A stretch of 64,000 nt of DNA from Dicyema japonicum (GCA_011109175.1 RDEW01000006.1:595232-659231), one strand, 5' to 3'. Shown: positions 26,877 to 42,598, numbered from the stretch's first letter. Notes: generated by a model not told the origin, from the letters alone. Translations and numbers: made by a program.

Positions 26877-27248
26877 AGTGTGTTGTCAAATGGTCGTATC
26901 CCTTATTAAAAATATAAAAATACTGTTAGTTCTTCATCGATACATAATTTTCTATTTGTGCTGCCACATGCGGATCTATTTAGTTAAAGCATTGGCTAAT
27001 AAAGAGTTTTAATTTAATTTTGTTTTTTTCAGTTAATTATAAAAATAGTTTTTGTTTAAGTTCACCTTTTATTAAACATTATGCAAAAATTATTAAACAT
27101 TTTGACAGTTATTAAACAAATCGGAAAACCCTGTGCCGTTGGATAATAAGTTCAATTTCTTACAACTTAAATTATTTAAAATAATAATATTATTAAAATA
27201 AAAATTAAATAAAAAATTTTCTATTCTGGAGTCTTTAGTATCGTATTA

Positions 27249-29243
27249 ATGTCGTCCCACAATATAGAAATTCTACCTTTAGGCATAATTTTGGGGTTAA
27301 AGTAGGGGCTGGACAAGATGTGGGGAGAAGCTGTATAATACTAAACATCGCTGAAAAACGAATAATGCTAGACTGTGGAATGCACATGGGCTACAGTGAT
27401 GAGGTATTCCCTTAATTAACAGTCAGAGAAGATTCCCAGACTTTTCTCTGCTTACTAATAGCGGCCAGAGTCTTACAGAATTGATCGATTGTGTGGTGAT
27501 CAGTCACTTCCACCTGGACCACGTGGGTGCTCTTCCTTACATGACACAAGTTATTGGATACAGTGGCCCTATCTATATGTCTCATCCCACAAAGGCTGTG
27601 TCCCCATTCTGCTGGTCTCTGACTTAATTTAATTTAGGATGACATGCGAAAGGTGATGGCCCACAAGGACAGCGAAGAAATTTTCACTTTTGACATGATT
27701 TCTGACTGTATGCGGAAGGTGACTCCACTCAGCATAAACGAAACAGTCAAAGTGGACGAGGATATTACTTTGAGGACCTTTCCTGCCGGTCACGTGCTGG
27801 GAGCAGTTATGTTTCTTATCACAGTCAATAACATAACTGTTCTGTACACAGTTGGGGATAAATTACCGATAATAGGGAGACTTTAACATGACTGCGGATA
27901 GGCACTTGGGGCTGCTAAAATCGAGTTTGGATTGGAACCCCACGTGCTAATAAGTGAATCTACCTATGCGACCACTATAAGACATCCAAAGAGATTCAGA
28001 GAGCGGGAATTTTTGTCGAAAATTCAAACTTGTCTCGAGGATGGTGGAAAGGTAACTTAGTGGATGAAGTCAGGTTCTCGTCCCTGTCTTCGCCCTAGGG
28101 AGAGCCCAGGAGCTTTGTATTTTGCTAGAAGATCACTGGGAGCGGTTGGGACTGAAATTCCCAATCTATTTCACAGCCGGACTGGTAGAGAAAGTAACAG
28201 CGAAGCTAATTTGAAGGCTCATCTTTATTACCGCTTGTTTGTCACATGGGAGAGCGAAAAGATAAAGGAAACCTTTGTGAACAGAAACATGTTTGAGTAC
28301 AAACACATCAAAGTGCCGAATTTGTTCATTTTAAGGTATTAGAGAAGACCACATGTGACGAGCCTGGTCCAATGGTTGTATTTGCAACTCCTGGTATGCT
28401 CCATGCTGGTCTCTCGTTGAAGTTATTCAAAAAGTTCCATAATGATCCAAAAAACCTGGTATTTTGACGATTTAACGGAAAGTTGATAATTCCTGGGTAC
28501 TGTGTGCAGGGAACGGTCGGAGAGCAGGTTGAGTGGGAAAAGATCCATTAAAGTGGACGGGGAGAAGGTACTTTTGGTCTTTAGTTTAAGTTGGAGGTGA
28601 AAATGGGGGTGGAATACTTGTCTTCTCCGCACATGCAGATATGCGGGGGATAGTACAACTAATCCAGCAATGCAAACCGCAGAATGTCGTATTAGTCCAT
28701 GGGGAGGCTGTAAAGATGAAGTTTTTGGCTGGGAGGATCATCGATGATCTGCGTATTGCTTAATTATGATGGTAGACATTCCTTGCTATACTCCAGCGAA
28801 TGGGAGACATGTCAAATTCTCGTCCACAAGCACAGATTTTGTTGGATAGAAAAGTCGACCAAGCCAGGTCACGTGTATGTGGAGATGGAGGGAGGTGTGC
28901 CCGTTGTGTGTGACCCTTCTAAGTCCTCTAGACGTCTGGGAATACCTCCATTGAAGGTGGCCCAGGTTTTCAGACGTGAGCACGTGTGCAAGTCTGGGGA
29001 ATACTATATAAAGCTGCTGGAAGGGTTAGAGAAGGAGTTGGTGCGTGGTGATATTGTAGATTTAAGTTGACTGAGGTTATGAAAGGGGAGAAGAACTACA
29101 AGGGTCGCATGGACGGTGTGACCGTGGAAATTCAGGAAGATAAAGGTGATGATGACTTCCTGGTGATTGCTTATGTGTCATGGAATTTAAGGGATTCGAA
29201 GAAGGGGATTTTGCTGTCTCAATTTATTGATAGTTTTGTTTAA
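27249..29243 (+). CDS. INTS11: Integrator complex subunit 11 (CPSF3L; MBL/beta-CASP endonuclease), multi-exon
   Basis: LPLG|[22 protein letters not shown]|RRFPDFS, SHFHLDH, AGHVLGA, YT|[23 protein letters not shown]; introns 27283-27305 (GC-AG), 27404-27426, 27615-27637, 27851-27875; apparent homopolymer indels near 27910 and 28530. Confidence 0.95.
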
Positions 29244-30781
29244 TTTTTGTAAATATTCTTTTTTTTGAAAACGTCGATCACGTCCACCAGATACCTATAT
29301 TCCTCACTGACGGAAGCGAAGCTTTCCTACCGCGATCTTTCCACTATGCCCGCCTCCGTTCTGGTCACCACATTAATTTACGTTCCTATAAAAGAATTTG
29401 TCAATCGTCCTCTGTATTTTGCCCATCATGCCTTCGTGACGACCAGAATAAAAACATCACCTCTTGTCCACGCCTGCCTCAGGACTCTGCACAGCACTAA
29501 ATACAAATGACGGATCTGGGAGCGTCAGCGACCGGCTGTGGTGTTCTTGTTAGCCACAGGTTTTATTCATTCGAAGGGGGGAAATAAATAAAAATAAATT
29601 TCTCAATATTATGGAAGGGATGCTGTTTTGTCGTTCAGCTAAGACTTGGAGAGATGTAAATAAGCTTACTCTTAATTTCACTGTATATAATGGAATTTTT
29701 GTTCTAGACTCTATCTCTCTAATATGTGTTATTTTCTAATTTAAGAAAAATTTTATACTAAGAACTATATTTAGAAATTTATTTAAGATGAGTAAATCGA
29801 AGCACATTGACGTCTCCAACTTCTATTTGTGGGGACATTATTGATAAGTACCTGTCAACATATTCGACACTAACTGATTCTCATTCAGTGATAATGTTTG
29901 TGCTATAACATCCATCATTGATTGCCTAGGTAAGTCCGTATGTTCCAGATCTCGAACTTCTTTTCCATTAAATATCTATGATGTCCACATAGTAGGTGAG
30001 TTCAACTCCAACAATTCTTGAGATCAATTATTCTAAGTATGTGATCTTAGGAAGTCTGCACCACTGCATTTTGTCGTCACTAAGGGGTCTTATGGTATTT
30101 GTGATAAGTTATGACTTTTACCATCAAAGTTCGGTATTTTGGATGGAAGTAGATTTTCTGGAGAGTTCACTGAAGGTCAGTAAGAGTTTTACAGACTTTA
30201 CTACGGTTAGTGAATTTGAGTGGTTGGATCGGTCAACTGGATAGGGTCAGATGATTGTTGAAGATATTGCAAGCTTCGCATTCAGTTTTAAAGGATGACA
30301 CAACATAAAATTACGGTCAACTTGATCATGTCGCCAGAAAGCTCTCGTAGACCACCCAAGTTCTCTCTCTGAAACACCCCTAATTTTTTGGAGGTTCCGT
30401 GACCATCGGCAGTGTGGAAGAGAAATTTTCATGAACATGTAAGCCACTCTCAAATACTTGTATAAGAAACCTCCTCAGTAATTTCAATCGTGATTGGCCT
30501 TCCTCTTATATACAGTCCTGTTTGATATTCTAAACCACCATCTACAAAACAACGTTTGTCTGCTTTTCTTAGTCCTGTTTTTCTTAATTTGTCTCTTCAG
30601 TGTATAACACAAAGGCGCTATATAGGCTAGTCTAGTGTTAAATCAAAGAGACATTGAAATTTAATTAAAATTATTTCCAAAGGCCAAGGGGAACCAAACT
30701 AACTAACTCCTCGATCCTGACTCGTTCCAGCATTCCAGAACTTGTCACCAGGTAACGACGTTGTCCCCGGGAAAGAATTAT

Positions 30782-30843
30782 TGGATCTCTTGATGCCGGC
30801 CAGGCATTGGGCGCCTCCTCAGTAAGGTGGATCCAGTGATGCC
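30782..30843 (-). repeat. Family A repeat core; the element spans about 30677-30890
   Basis: Reverse strand ggcatc-ac-tggatcc-acc-ttactga-gga-ggcgccc-a-atgcc-tggcc-ggcat-caaga-gatcca. Confidence 0.75.
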
Positions 30844-31027
30844 ATCGGAAGAAAAGAAAATAATTTTGACAAACTCAATGATTTTAATTTTCTTGTTCTT
30901 TTAACTTTTTGAAATTAGGAATTTATATATTTATAATTTATTAAAAATTTAATTATATTATTAATTAAAAATTAATTGACGGTTGACCTAATTAAAATAA
31001 ATATTGATTAATTAGAATATTATTTAA

Positions 31028-31524
31028 ATGGACGAGGAAACTAAAACAGGCAAGTTTTAAAGTTATTTTTAGAAATAAAAAACATATTTGAATTTCTAGA
31101 CAAAGAAAATAATGGAAAGATCCCCACTTCACAACTAGGACTCGCCCTGAGGTGCCTAGGATACACACCCACTTTATCAGAAGAACAGGCACTAACCTCT
31201 CAGGCTGATCCAAACGGTTAGGGATGTGATTTAAAAGAGGTTCCCAGTTTATTGACCTCAACAAACTAACGACCCTCATCTCAGTTCTAAAGGAGAATAG
31301 AAATGATGAAGAGATAATTCAAAATTTTCAAATATTCGATAAATCCAATTCTGGAATGATTCCAACGTCTGTTTTGAGAAATGCCCTGTTAAGTTATGGA
31401 GACAAAATGGAATCCAATGAAATCGACAGGATTATGGCTTTGTTTGGAGAAAAGGGCAGTATAAACTATAAAGGTAACTTTTACTCAATATTTAGATTTT
31501 GTTGAAAACAATAAAATTAAATAA
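31028..31524 (+). CDS. calmodulin-like / myosin light chain EF-hand protein (CALML4/MLC-like)
   Basis: EIKNIFEFLDKENNGKIPTSQLGLALRCLGYTPT...FQIFDKSNSGMIP...GDKMESNEID; GC-AG intron at 31050-31072 and two further short introns. Confidence 0.85.
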
Positions 31525-31589
31525 TTATAGTTTTTTAGTTAAATTCTATTTTCTATAAAATATGGGTCACAATTATGCCACTAATATAC

Positions 31590-31925
31590 TCTCTAGAACC
31601 TTCTCTTATTAAAAACAAATAGTCCTTCATTTCCTGTGTTCTCTCCTCGTTCATGTAATGAGTCGTCGCTAGACTGTTATTAGTCCTTCTTAGTAACTCT
31701 TCCCTCCTAAATGATTATTTTCTTAGAATCTCTTCTCTTTTGAATGATTCTCTTAATGTCTTCTCCACTGAATGGTTACCTTAGAAATTCTTCTTTCTTA
31801 AATGGGCTCCTTCTTAGAAACTCTTCTCTTTTTAGAAGAACTATTACCTCATTTCCTGTATTCTCTATTCATTCAAGTAATAACTGAGTCCTCACTGAAG
31901 AGTGTTATCAGCCCTTCAGGGTACT
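31590..31925. repeat. degenerate tandem array (about 30-35 bp unit cttagaa.ctcttctcttt) with a larger duplicated block
   Basis: Unit recurs about 5 times between 31690 and 31840; 31628-31690 resembles 31850-31920. Confidence 0.55.
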
Positions 31926-32573
31926 CTTCACCACATTATCTTAGAAATCGATCGAGGCACACACAGTGGGCAGGAATGTAGGAGGATGAATAACACACAG
32001 ATTGACTGTATGTCCTTATTGACGTTAAAACGAGAGACCTGACACAAGGCTAATAAACAAGTTGGTAGGAAGACGTCTTATTTGCCCTTCCAGTGATCTA
32101 TGACGATTTCATCAGTCTATTTCTGGAGGCGTCCAGTCCCATGATCATTTGTTAGCCCCATCCTATTAAGGGTTCCCACAACTGTGGTTCCGGCTAGTCT
32201 TGAATGTTTTGAAAAAACTTATCTCTCTGCGACCGTGGAAGTGGATACACTTAATTATCTGTTCAATGATCGAAAAAAACATAGAAGACAGCTACGGATG
32301 GGACCTATGTCTATTAAAAATTTTTAACATTTTTCTCTTGCTGAATGGTCTCTGTAATAAGGAGATATTTATTTGATAGCCGCGGATAAACTGGAAAGGG
32401 AAATTGAATTTTTCCAAAGACCAAGGGTAAAACTAAACTAACTATTTCCTCTATCCTGACGCGCTCCAACAGAACCCTCACCCTAGCAAAGTTATTCAGA
32501 GGACCTTATCCGGAAGCTGAGATCATTACAGAACTCATCGCCTGGGAGTGAAATTGCCTCCCTGTGGAATGAA

Positions 32574-32636
32574 TGGATTCTTTTGATGCCGACTAGGCAT
32601 TGGGGGTCTCCTGAGTAAGGTGGATTCAATGAAGCC
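32574..32636 (-). repeat. Family A repeat core
   Basis: tggattcttttgatgccgactaggcattgggggtctcctgagtaaggtggattc. Confidence 0.7.
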
Positions 32637-32814
32637 ACCAGAGGGAGGGTAGAGTAGTCACATGGCACCACATAGCCATTTAAAATACGTGACAATCAAT
32701 TTTTAATTAAGATATATCCAGTTCCCACATTCAGAGTAAGACGCACTCTTCACAATATCACGTCCACCAATATCCGCCATTGTGGAAACCCCTCAGGCAG
32801 AGTAGGAAAAGGGC

Positions 32815-32876
32815 AGATCCTTTTTAGATGCCGGCTAGACATTGGGGTCTCTTAGACAGGTGGATGACATAACACC
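32815..32876 (-). repeat. Family A repeat core (second subfamily flank)
   Basis: gatcctttttagatgccggctagacattggggtctcttagacaggtggatg; flank shared with 14240-14290 and 45295-45330. Confidence 0.7.
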
Positions 32877-33248
32877 TTTTAGGATTTGGAGAAGGTAAAG
32901 AAGAAACTCCTTCGACCTGAAGACTTCGTTAACATTGCCCCAAATTTGTGACCGTGGTATGATAAAACTACCGCTATGATTTGTATTACTATTTGTCGGA
33001 TTTTCCAGTTTATTTAATGAGTATTCTCAGTTCAACATTATAATAATGCCTCGAATCTCTTTTTCTGAATTACCCTTGCATGAGGAATCCGCTTTGTTGT
33101 GCTGCATTGATGCCTCGAAAATAAAAAATGCATATAAAACTAGCGAAGATGCAAAGTTTAATGATAAAGTTGAGAGTTAATGACCACAAGACCTGACTGC
33201 ATAACTATTCCTTACAAGATTTCGAGCGAAACTTGCTAGGTAGGTCTT

Positions 33249-33480
33249 GTGGAGAGCGCTAGAAAGTACGGAAATCCGATTCCCACGTGGGACAGCTTGT
33301 CACTCGAACGGCCAACAAAAAAGTGTCTAAAGCTCCTGTACAAGCAATTCATCAGGACGACACTGAATTATTCCTCCCCAGCTGGTCTCCATGCATTTCA
33401 CCCTCCATCCAACAATAGATGCAACAGGTCCAAATTCAGCATTGAGAGATGTAATGGACTGTTTGAAATCATCTCCCATT
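33249..33480 (+). mobile_element. decayed RT C-terminal fragment, Jockey/I-like family
   Basis: LKLLYKQFIRTTLNYSSPAG. Confidence 0.6.
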
Positions 33481-33989
33481 GGGCACTTACACTGGGAGTC
33501 AAAATCCTGCCTTTAGGTGATCACCTTGAAATGAGGAGTTTAAAATATCTCAGACGATCGCTTCATCCAATGCTTCTTCCGAGGGCCGTCAGAGTGGAAC
33601 TTTCTCGTTTAGGATATGGATATCATCCTTCTGGCTGGTAGAGTAGTTCAGATCTCTTTACTTGCCTTGGACCACCAGGGCTCGACGTGAAAGTGATGGA
33701 TATCTGGGAGCGTCCTGTAATAGCGATTCGGTTTTGACGATTGTCAGGACTAATTAAGTGATCTCGGTATTAAAAAAAGGCACGCGAAGTTTTTTGATGT
33801 TCCCCCTGCTTTCCTGTACCAAGGACTCTCCTCTTTAAATAGAATTTGAACACGTGGATTTCTTTCTGTATTTTCGGGTTATGGTAGCTTCTACCGCTGA
33901 TCGAAAAAAAGGATCTGATTCGTTGCCACAGAAAGTAAGGAACCTGACCCGCTATTCAGGGTTGCAGACTGGTCGAGCTGCTTTTAAAT

Positions 33990-34200
33990 TAAAAACGCAT
34001 TTCTCCTCAAGTTTTGTAAAAAAATGCGCTCAATGAGCCAGCTTCTCTCCATATCCTTTTCTTGAACGCAATAAGCGATCCAATTCGGTTCAGCAGATTT
34101 ACTGTTCTGTTTTCAGTGACCTTGACGTTTCTACGGCGACCAGTTAAAGTGAACTGTCGACCGAGATTTTCGTAATTCTTTTTTAAGGGCCTCACTCCTT
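33990..34200 (-). mobile_element. 3' fragment of a CRE-like retrotransposon
   Basis: LLNRIGSLIAFKK...RSWLIERI matches the CRE C-terminus. Confidence 0.55.
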
Positions 34201-34807
34201 TACGAGTCTGATCTTGAGTGAGTTGTCTTTATTGCAAAATTGGAGGGGAAGAAACTAACCACACAGGTGGAGCCCCAGGCGAGGTATCTTTAGAGAGTTA
34301 TCCTGTCAAGTCTTTTGTAGGCTGAGGGCAATCTAAGAGGCTCCAACAGAACCGGGAATTCGGCGACTTCAAGTCCCCACACATGTCACTATCCCTTCCG
34401 CATCTACATATGTGGAGCATGAGAGGGCTTAAGACCTTTAACGTCGACCATCCTTCCTCATCTACACACGTGGACCACTCAAACATCTACTCTGAGGTAG
34501 ACGCAAACTCCTATTCTTATGAGTCGTCATCTAATAATGTCCCAAGGGAGGTACATGGGAATACTCGAGCAAAAAAGCTTGTTCGCCGATGCAGAAGTTA
34601 GGCATGCAAGATGATGGGCAAGCTCTGGTTTTATTCCTTATGGATCCTAACTCTTCCAAATTTCCTGATCAACACATCCTTGGGATATGATCTGACGCAT
34701 GAAACTGCTGATAGAAACAAAATCCAGAAAAGTGAACACCAGTTGTGATTGAATCCTAATTCTTCCAAAGCTATACTTTTAGTGATAAATAAGGCAACCA
34801 GAAAATT

Positions 34808-36465
34808 TTTTTTTTTTTTTTTTTTTATACTTTAATACTTTTTAAGGTTAATTTAAACAATAGAAGTCAGGTAGTTGCCGCTCTCACCGCGTGGCTGTTC
34901 CCTCTCAAAATTGCGAGCGAAATTCGCTCAAATAGCCAGCGGCGTTCGCGGAATCTCCAGTGCATGAGGTGATCCGGTTTCCAAGACGTCCGAAAAACTC
35001 GAGTGTAGAGGGGAGTAGGATCCGGAAGTCTCCATAGCAAGGGGAACAAATTTGACATCATCGGGAAGGTCGGCGTATTTAACGAGTTTGGCCTTCTCCG
35101 CCTTTACGGATGCTGAACAGGCCCTTGTAGCACTCTCGTGAAGATTTTTCTGGGCGAACGTGTCTGTACATGTCACATCCCAAACCAGTGGTTTCCCGGC
35201 CTCAAATGGAAATATGGTCATCCCGTCCGGTCGTTTCCCGTCACTTCTGCATAACCCGACCGGTTCAAGAATGGCCGAGTATCCAGCAGCATCCATAGCT
35301 CGCCTGACAATTTCATTCAGAGCCTTGTGCCTTGGGGATCTGCCAGCGCTCCTCCTGCAGGCGAGAGGGTGCAGGCCATAGCAGTCTATCAGGATGCCAC
35401 ATCGGCACGGGTGAGGTACACATACTTTCAGTCCCAGCCGCAGAGAGATACCAGTTCTAACGCATTCATCATCCAGAAAAGTGCCCAAAGCTCCATTGGG
35501 GATGGCGTTTAGCCAAGCTCCGCTCTCAGGGGAAGCCCCGAAAGCAAACAAGCGCGTCGGTGCTGATTGGCAGATTCTAGTAGGAGTCCAAATGATTTCC
35601 AGCATAATAAGTTGTCCAGGTTTCGCTGGCGATCTTGGGAAGGGGGCAGGGGGAGGTTGGTGGCATTCCAGGCTTCTCGTGCGTGGATTATCTCTTGGTC
35701 AGTTGAGAATTCGGGTGGGGAGTGTAGAATCCTCCTGACCAAAGGTTCGCAGGCCGTGAGTGATGATAAATGAGCGGGAAGTGAGACGTCCAAAGTTCGG
35801 CGGATTCCAAGACCCCCGAATCTAACTGGAGTGTAGCCTGCATCCATGTATCATCGTCGAATCGGACATTAAATATTTGCTCCGTCGAGCTGAGGAGAGA
35901 CAAATCAAAATTCTCGAGCAGCTCCTGTTGAGAATAATATGGAGCTGTCCTTAGTAGATAGGAGATTCTCTGGATGTTGAGACTTCTTTTCAATAGGAAT
36001 AGTGCTGTGTGCAAGTCCAGCAGCTGTAATCTTTCCAGCGAATCGCATAGGAGTCGTTTTTTGTCAAGGAGGACATGCTTCATCGCATTACTAGTGATCG
36101 GGGATCCAAGAAAAATCAATTCATTTTCAGGGGTCGAAATCCCACCGGGAAACAAGGAGTAAAATTTTTGAACAATTGAAGAGAAGTCATCGTCAGCAAG
36201 ACCACAGTTTGTTATTTCACATTTCGTTATATTCAACTGAAGACCCACCTCGGACAGCGCGGGGTGAGTACTTCTAATTCCTGGAAGACCGTTTCCGGGG
36301 GACCTCCTAAGACGGCGTCATCGAGGTACCAGATGTTGAGTGGGCATCTAGAGAGCTTCGTGATCCTCTCAATGCCGAGGGAGAACAGCAGTGGTCCGAG
36401 GGGGTCGCCCTGTTGAACACCTGAGGACGATGGAACTATGAAATCCCCGTGCAATAGTGATGAAG
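34808..36465 (-). mobile_element. 5'-truncated CRE-like non-LTR retrotransposon (RT + CCHC + restriction-like endonuclease) with poly(A) tail
   Basis: GVQQGDPLGPLLFSL, WYLDD, CRCG..HPLAC, RPDGMT..LVWDVTC, KLVKY..FVPLAMETSG; poly(T) at about 34806-34826 on +; TSD aaccagaaaatt at 34796-34807 and 36466-36477. Confidence 0.9.
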
Positions 36466-36589
36466 AACCAGAAAATTGTATTTTTTAAATAAAAATTGCA
36501 AAAAACATATATTTCTTGCAAAAATTTCTATTTTTTAATTCATTATGAAAAAATAAACGAAATTATTATTTGTAATACAAATCTAAATA

Positions 36590-37057
36590 CAGTCCGACCC
36601 CGTTTCGGGGCACACCCGGCGCGTGGGGCACCTCGCATTTCGGGGTATTTTTCATTTGGAGTCTATTTTCCAACATTAATTTCCAAATTTGGAAATTTTC
36701 TGGAGCCTCAAACCGGGGCAAAGTATTGAAATATTCCAGAAACTCAGAGAACATAATTTTCCAATATCAGGGCCAATCATTTCCTGCATAACACCAAAGT
36801 CATTAAAAAAATTCTACGAATTCCGAATGACAGTAATGAGAAACATCCGAAATGGTTACAAAATTGTAAGAAAAATAACCGATTACTTCGTTAAAGAGCG
36901 ACTTGATAGATGTTATTAATCATAAAATAAAATCTCTTACCATTTTTACATTTATATGGTTTAAAATAAAAGATTTTAAAATGGAAAAAAATAACCCCTG
37001 TTTTCAAGGCACCCCCGCTTTTCGGGGCACAAAATTCCCCAAACCAGGGTTACACTG
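36590..37057. mobile_element. Tc1/mariner-pogo-like MITE
   Basis: TA-CAGT...ACTG-TA with imperfect TIRs (cagtccgaccccgtttcgggg / cagtgtaaccctggtttgggg); the paralog at about 56566 has a single TA at this site. Confidence 0.8.
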
Positions 37058-37218
37058 TATTCCTGAACATTTTCAGGTTTGAAGTTTCGATTTTTATTAA
37101 AAATTTTTCCTCTTTTAACTGAGGCTGGCTTCCGCAAATAATTGCAATTTATTGGAATTGGTTGCCCTAGTAATAAATAACGTAAAAATCATAATAAATT
37201 TTATTTTTCAAAATATAA

Positions 37219-39858
<2,640 letters not shown>

Positions 39859-39949
39859 AAATGAGGATGTGTTGTTGTATTTATTTAAAATTAAATTATC
39901 ATTTATTATTTGTCAATTAAGTTTTATTTATTTAAGTTAATTTCCTCGA

Positions 39950-42598
39950 ACATTTGTTAAAGAAAATCACATTGATCTGTTGCTAATTCAAGAGTCTAAA
40001 TTTTCTCTACAGAATTCAACACCAGTATTTCCGGGATTCACAGTAATTCGCCGTGACAGAATTGGCAAACTTGGTGGGGGTCTTCTCACAGTTATCCGCA
40101 ACGGCATTCCGTTTGAGGACTTAACCAACAGTGCTTATACTATGCTTAAAAGATATGGAAATCTCGAACTTTTGGTTACCAAAATACGATTCCCAAGACT
40201 ATCAATAATAATTGTCAACGCATTTCTCCCATCGCTGAGTTCCTGCTCGTCCAGTGCCCCCAGACTTACTCCTCTCGCATCACTAAAGGATGTGATTATC
40301 TGTGGTGACTTCAATGCGAAGCACCCACTGTGGCTGACAGGACAAACCTACGACAAAAGAGGGAAGATGATAATTGAGGACCTCCACAGCCTATGTATAC
40401 TCAACGATCCTGCATCTCATACAAGAACACCTACTCGACGTAACGATAAACCTTCTTCTATCGACATCTCATTGTCATCACCGTCCTTGGCCCCACTTAT
40501 TGACTGGTCAGTGAAGTATGACACCAGTAGTGACCACAACCCAATATTTTTGGAGGTCAAACAAGGTCACGGATAAAAGGACAATGCCCAACAATAACTA
40601 ACTACAGCCTTGCGAATTGGAGAGAATTCAAGGAATACGTCGATAATTTTTTTTTTTTTAACAACTTTACTTTATTTAACAATAGAAGTCAGGTAATTGC
40701 CGCCCTCACTGCGTGGCTGTTCCCTCTCAAAATTGCGAGCGAAATTCGCTCAAATAGCCAGCAGCGTTCACGGAGATGTCCAGTGAATGAGGTGATCCGG
40801 TTTCCAAGACGTCCGAAAAACTCGAGTGTAGAGGGGAGTAGGATCCGGAAGTCTCCATAGCAAGGGGAACAAATTTGACATCATCGGGAAGGTCGACGTA
40901 TTTAAGATATTGTATTGGACTATTAAATTTCTTCACTTTTCCCTCCTTCGAACAATTAGTGAAATGGTTCAACTCCATTATAAACGATGCGAAAAAGAAG
41001 TACATTCCTATGGGGAGACAACCAACGTCATCAAAACGTTTCAACACAACGACGAAACATCTGATCAGAGAACGAAATAATCTAAAGATGGTAAAATCGC
41101 CAACAGAAGAGAACATCAGGAAAATACGAGAATTGAACAGAGAGATCGACAACAACATAAAGGCAGAAAATGCAAATAGATGGACGAGACTATCGAAGGA
41201 TCTCTGCAAAAACCCCCCAATGCAGAGAGTGTGGAAGTGGATCAAAAACATCAAAAGACCCTCCCCAGAGAGAAAAATCGAAGTCTACATAAAACCAGAC
41301 ACTCTGATAAAATATTATACGTCTATATCCTACAGGAAGTTTTCAAAAGAACACCAAGTATTCCTGAAAAAGATTACATGTGAACTGAAGCACCTAGGCC
41401 ATCGAGCCCTGAAACTATTAGCCTATATATTCAACCTATCCATTAACACAAATACAATCCCTGAAATATGGAAGAAGTCTCTAATCAGACCTATCCGAAA
41501 ACCCAACAAACCAATAGATGAACCATCTTCCTATCGCCCAATATCTATTCTAAGTCCGGTCTCAAGGATCCTTGAAAGGCTTGTTTTGGAAAAAATACAA
41601 GACTCAATCTCAATACCTCCGACCCAGCACGGATTCCGGGATAACCATTCGACCACAACACACCTTACAACCCTCACACAATTCATTGCGGAAGGATTTA
41701 ACTCCCCCAAACCCCATCAGAGGACAGTACTTATATCCGTGGACATCACAAAAGCGTTCGACTCAGTCCCTAGGAAACTCCTAACAAAGAAAATATATGA
41801 AACCAACATCCATCCGAACCTGAAACTTTGGCTTGGAAACTTCCTAAATGGAAGACGAGCACAAGTACTCTGCAACAACATCAAATCAAGATCTCGCTAT
41901 TTCCCAAATGGAGTCCCTCAAGGCTCACCACTATCACCCCAACTCTTCAATCTCTACATAAACGACATGCCACAAACCTGTAATGAAAACTGTCTAATCT
42001 TCTCTATGCCGACGATATCATTCTTGCTTCCAAGAACAGAAGCATTCAATCAGCGACTCAGTTGGCTCAACAAATGCTCGACAACTTGGAACTATGGCTC
42101 TCGAAGCGGAGACTTGACACATCAGCAGCAAAGTCCTTTGTCACACTGTTTACCACCTACAAGAGACAGCTCTGTATCGAACCAAAAGTCTTTATGAAGA
42201 ACGAAGCTATCTCTATTAACAAAACACCGAAGATTCTGGGAGTAACCTTTGATCAGGGACTCACCTTTATCCGGCATGTTGAAAACAGAGTAACTTCTGC
42301 TCTGAAAAAAATGAGAATTTTAAAAGTGCTCTCAAAAACACTTAGAGATCAAACTGGGATCCTTGCCACGATTTACAAACAATTTATCCGACCAACGATG
42401 ACGTATGCAAGTCCTTCATGGGCAATGCAAATGTCACGATCTTCCTCATTGAAATTATCCGCAATCGAGGAGACTGCAATAAAGTTAATTGGACCAGAAC
42501 ATAAAAACTTTTTAATTGAACTACAACGGAAACAACGCTCCGTGAAAAAGGCTGTTATTATTATTATTTCCATTTCAATGTATAGTGTAGTGTCATAA
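39950..42598 (+). mobile_element. 5'-truncated APE-RT LINE (Jockey/I-like), interrupted by a CRE-like fragment
   Basis: LIQESK, RRDR..GGG, GDFNAKHPLW, SDHNPI (APE); YRPISIL, QHGFR, DITKAFD, GVPQGSPLSP, YADD after a frameshift, KILGVTFD (RT). Confidence 0.92.
40646..40905 (-). mobile_element. short 5'-truncated CRE-like copy with poly(A), inserted antisense in the LINE
   Basis: Near-identical to 34855-35082; poly(T) on + at about 40646-40658. Confidence 0.9.

Larger units (their letters stand above)
34790..37169. mobile_element. hAT-like MITE hosting two younger insertions
   Basis: Termini ta(a/g)ggcaacca...tggttgcccta; 8-bp flanks gtgataaa (34782-34789) and gtaataaa (37170-37177); an uninterrupted relative lies at 56437-56660. 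Confidence 0.65.

Noticed and set aside
29265-30650. Short ORFs between INTS11 and the EF-hand gene
   Set aside because: No recognisable motifs or consistent exon structure; probably decayed repeat sequence
34298-34760. Short ORFs (72 aa on +, 62 aa on -) as a gene
   Set aside because: No start context, splice pattern or homology that I could support
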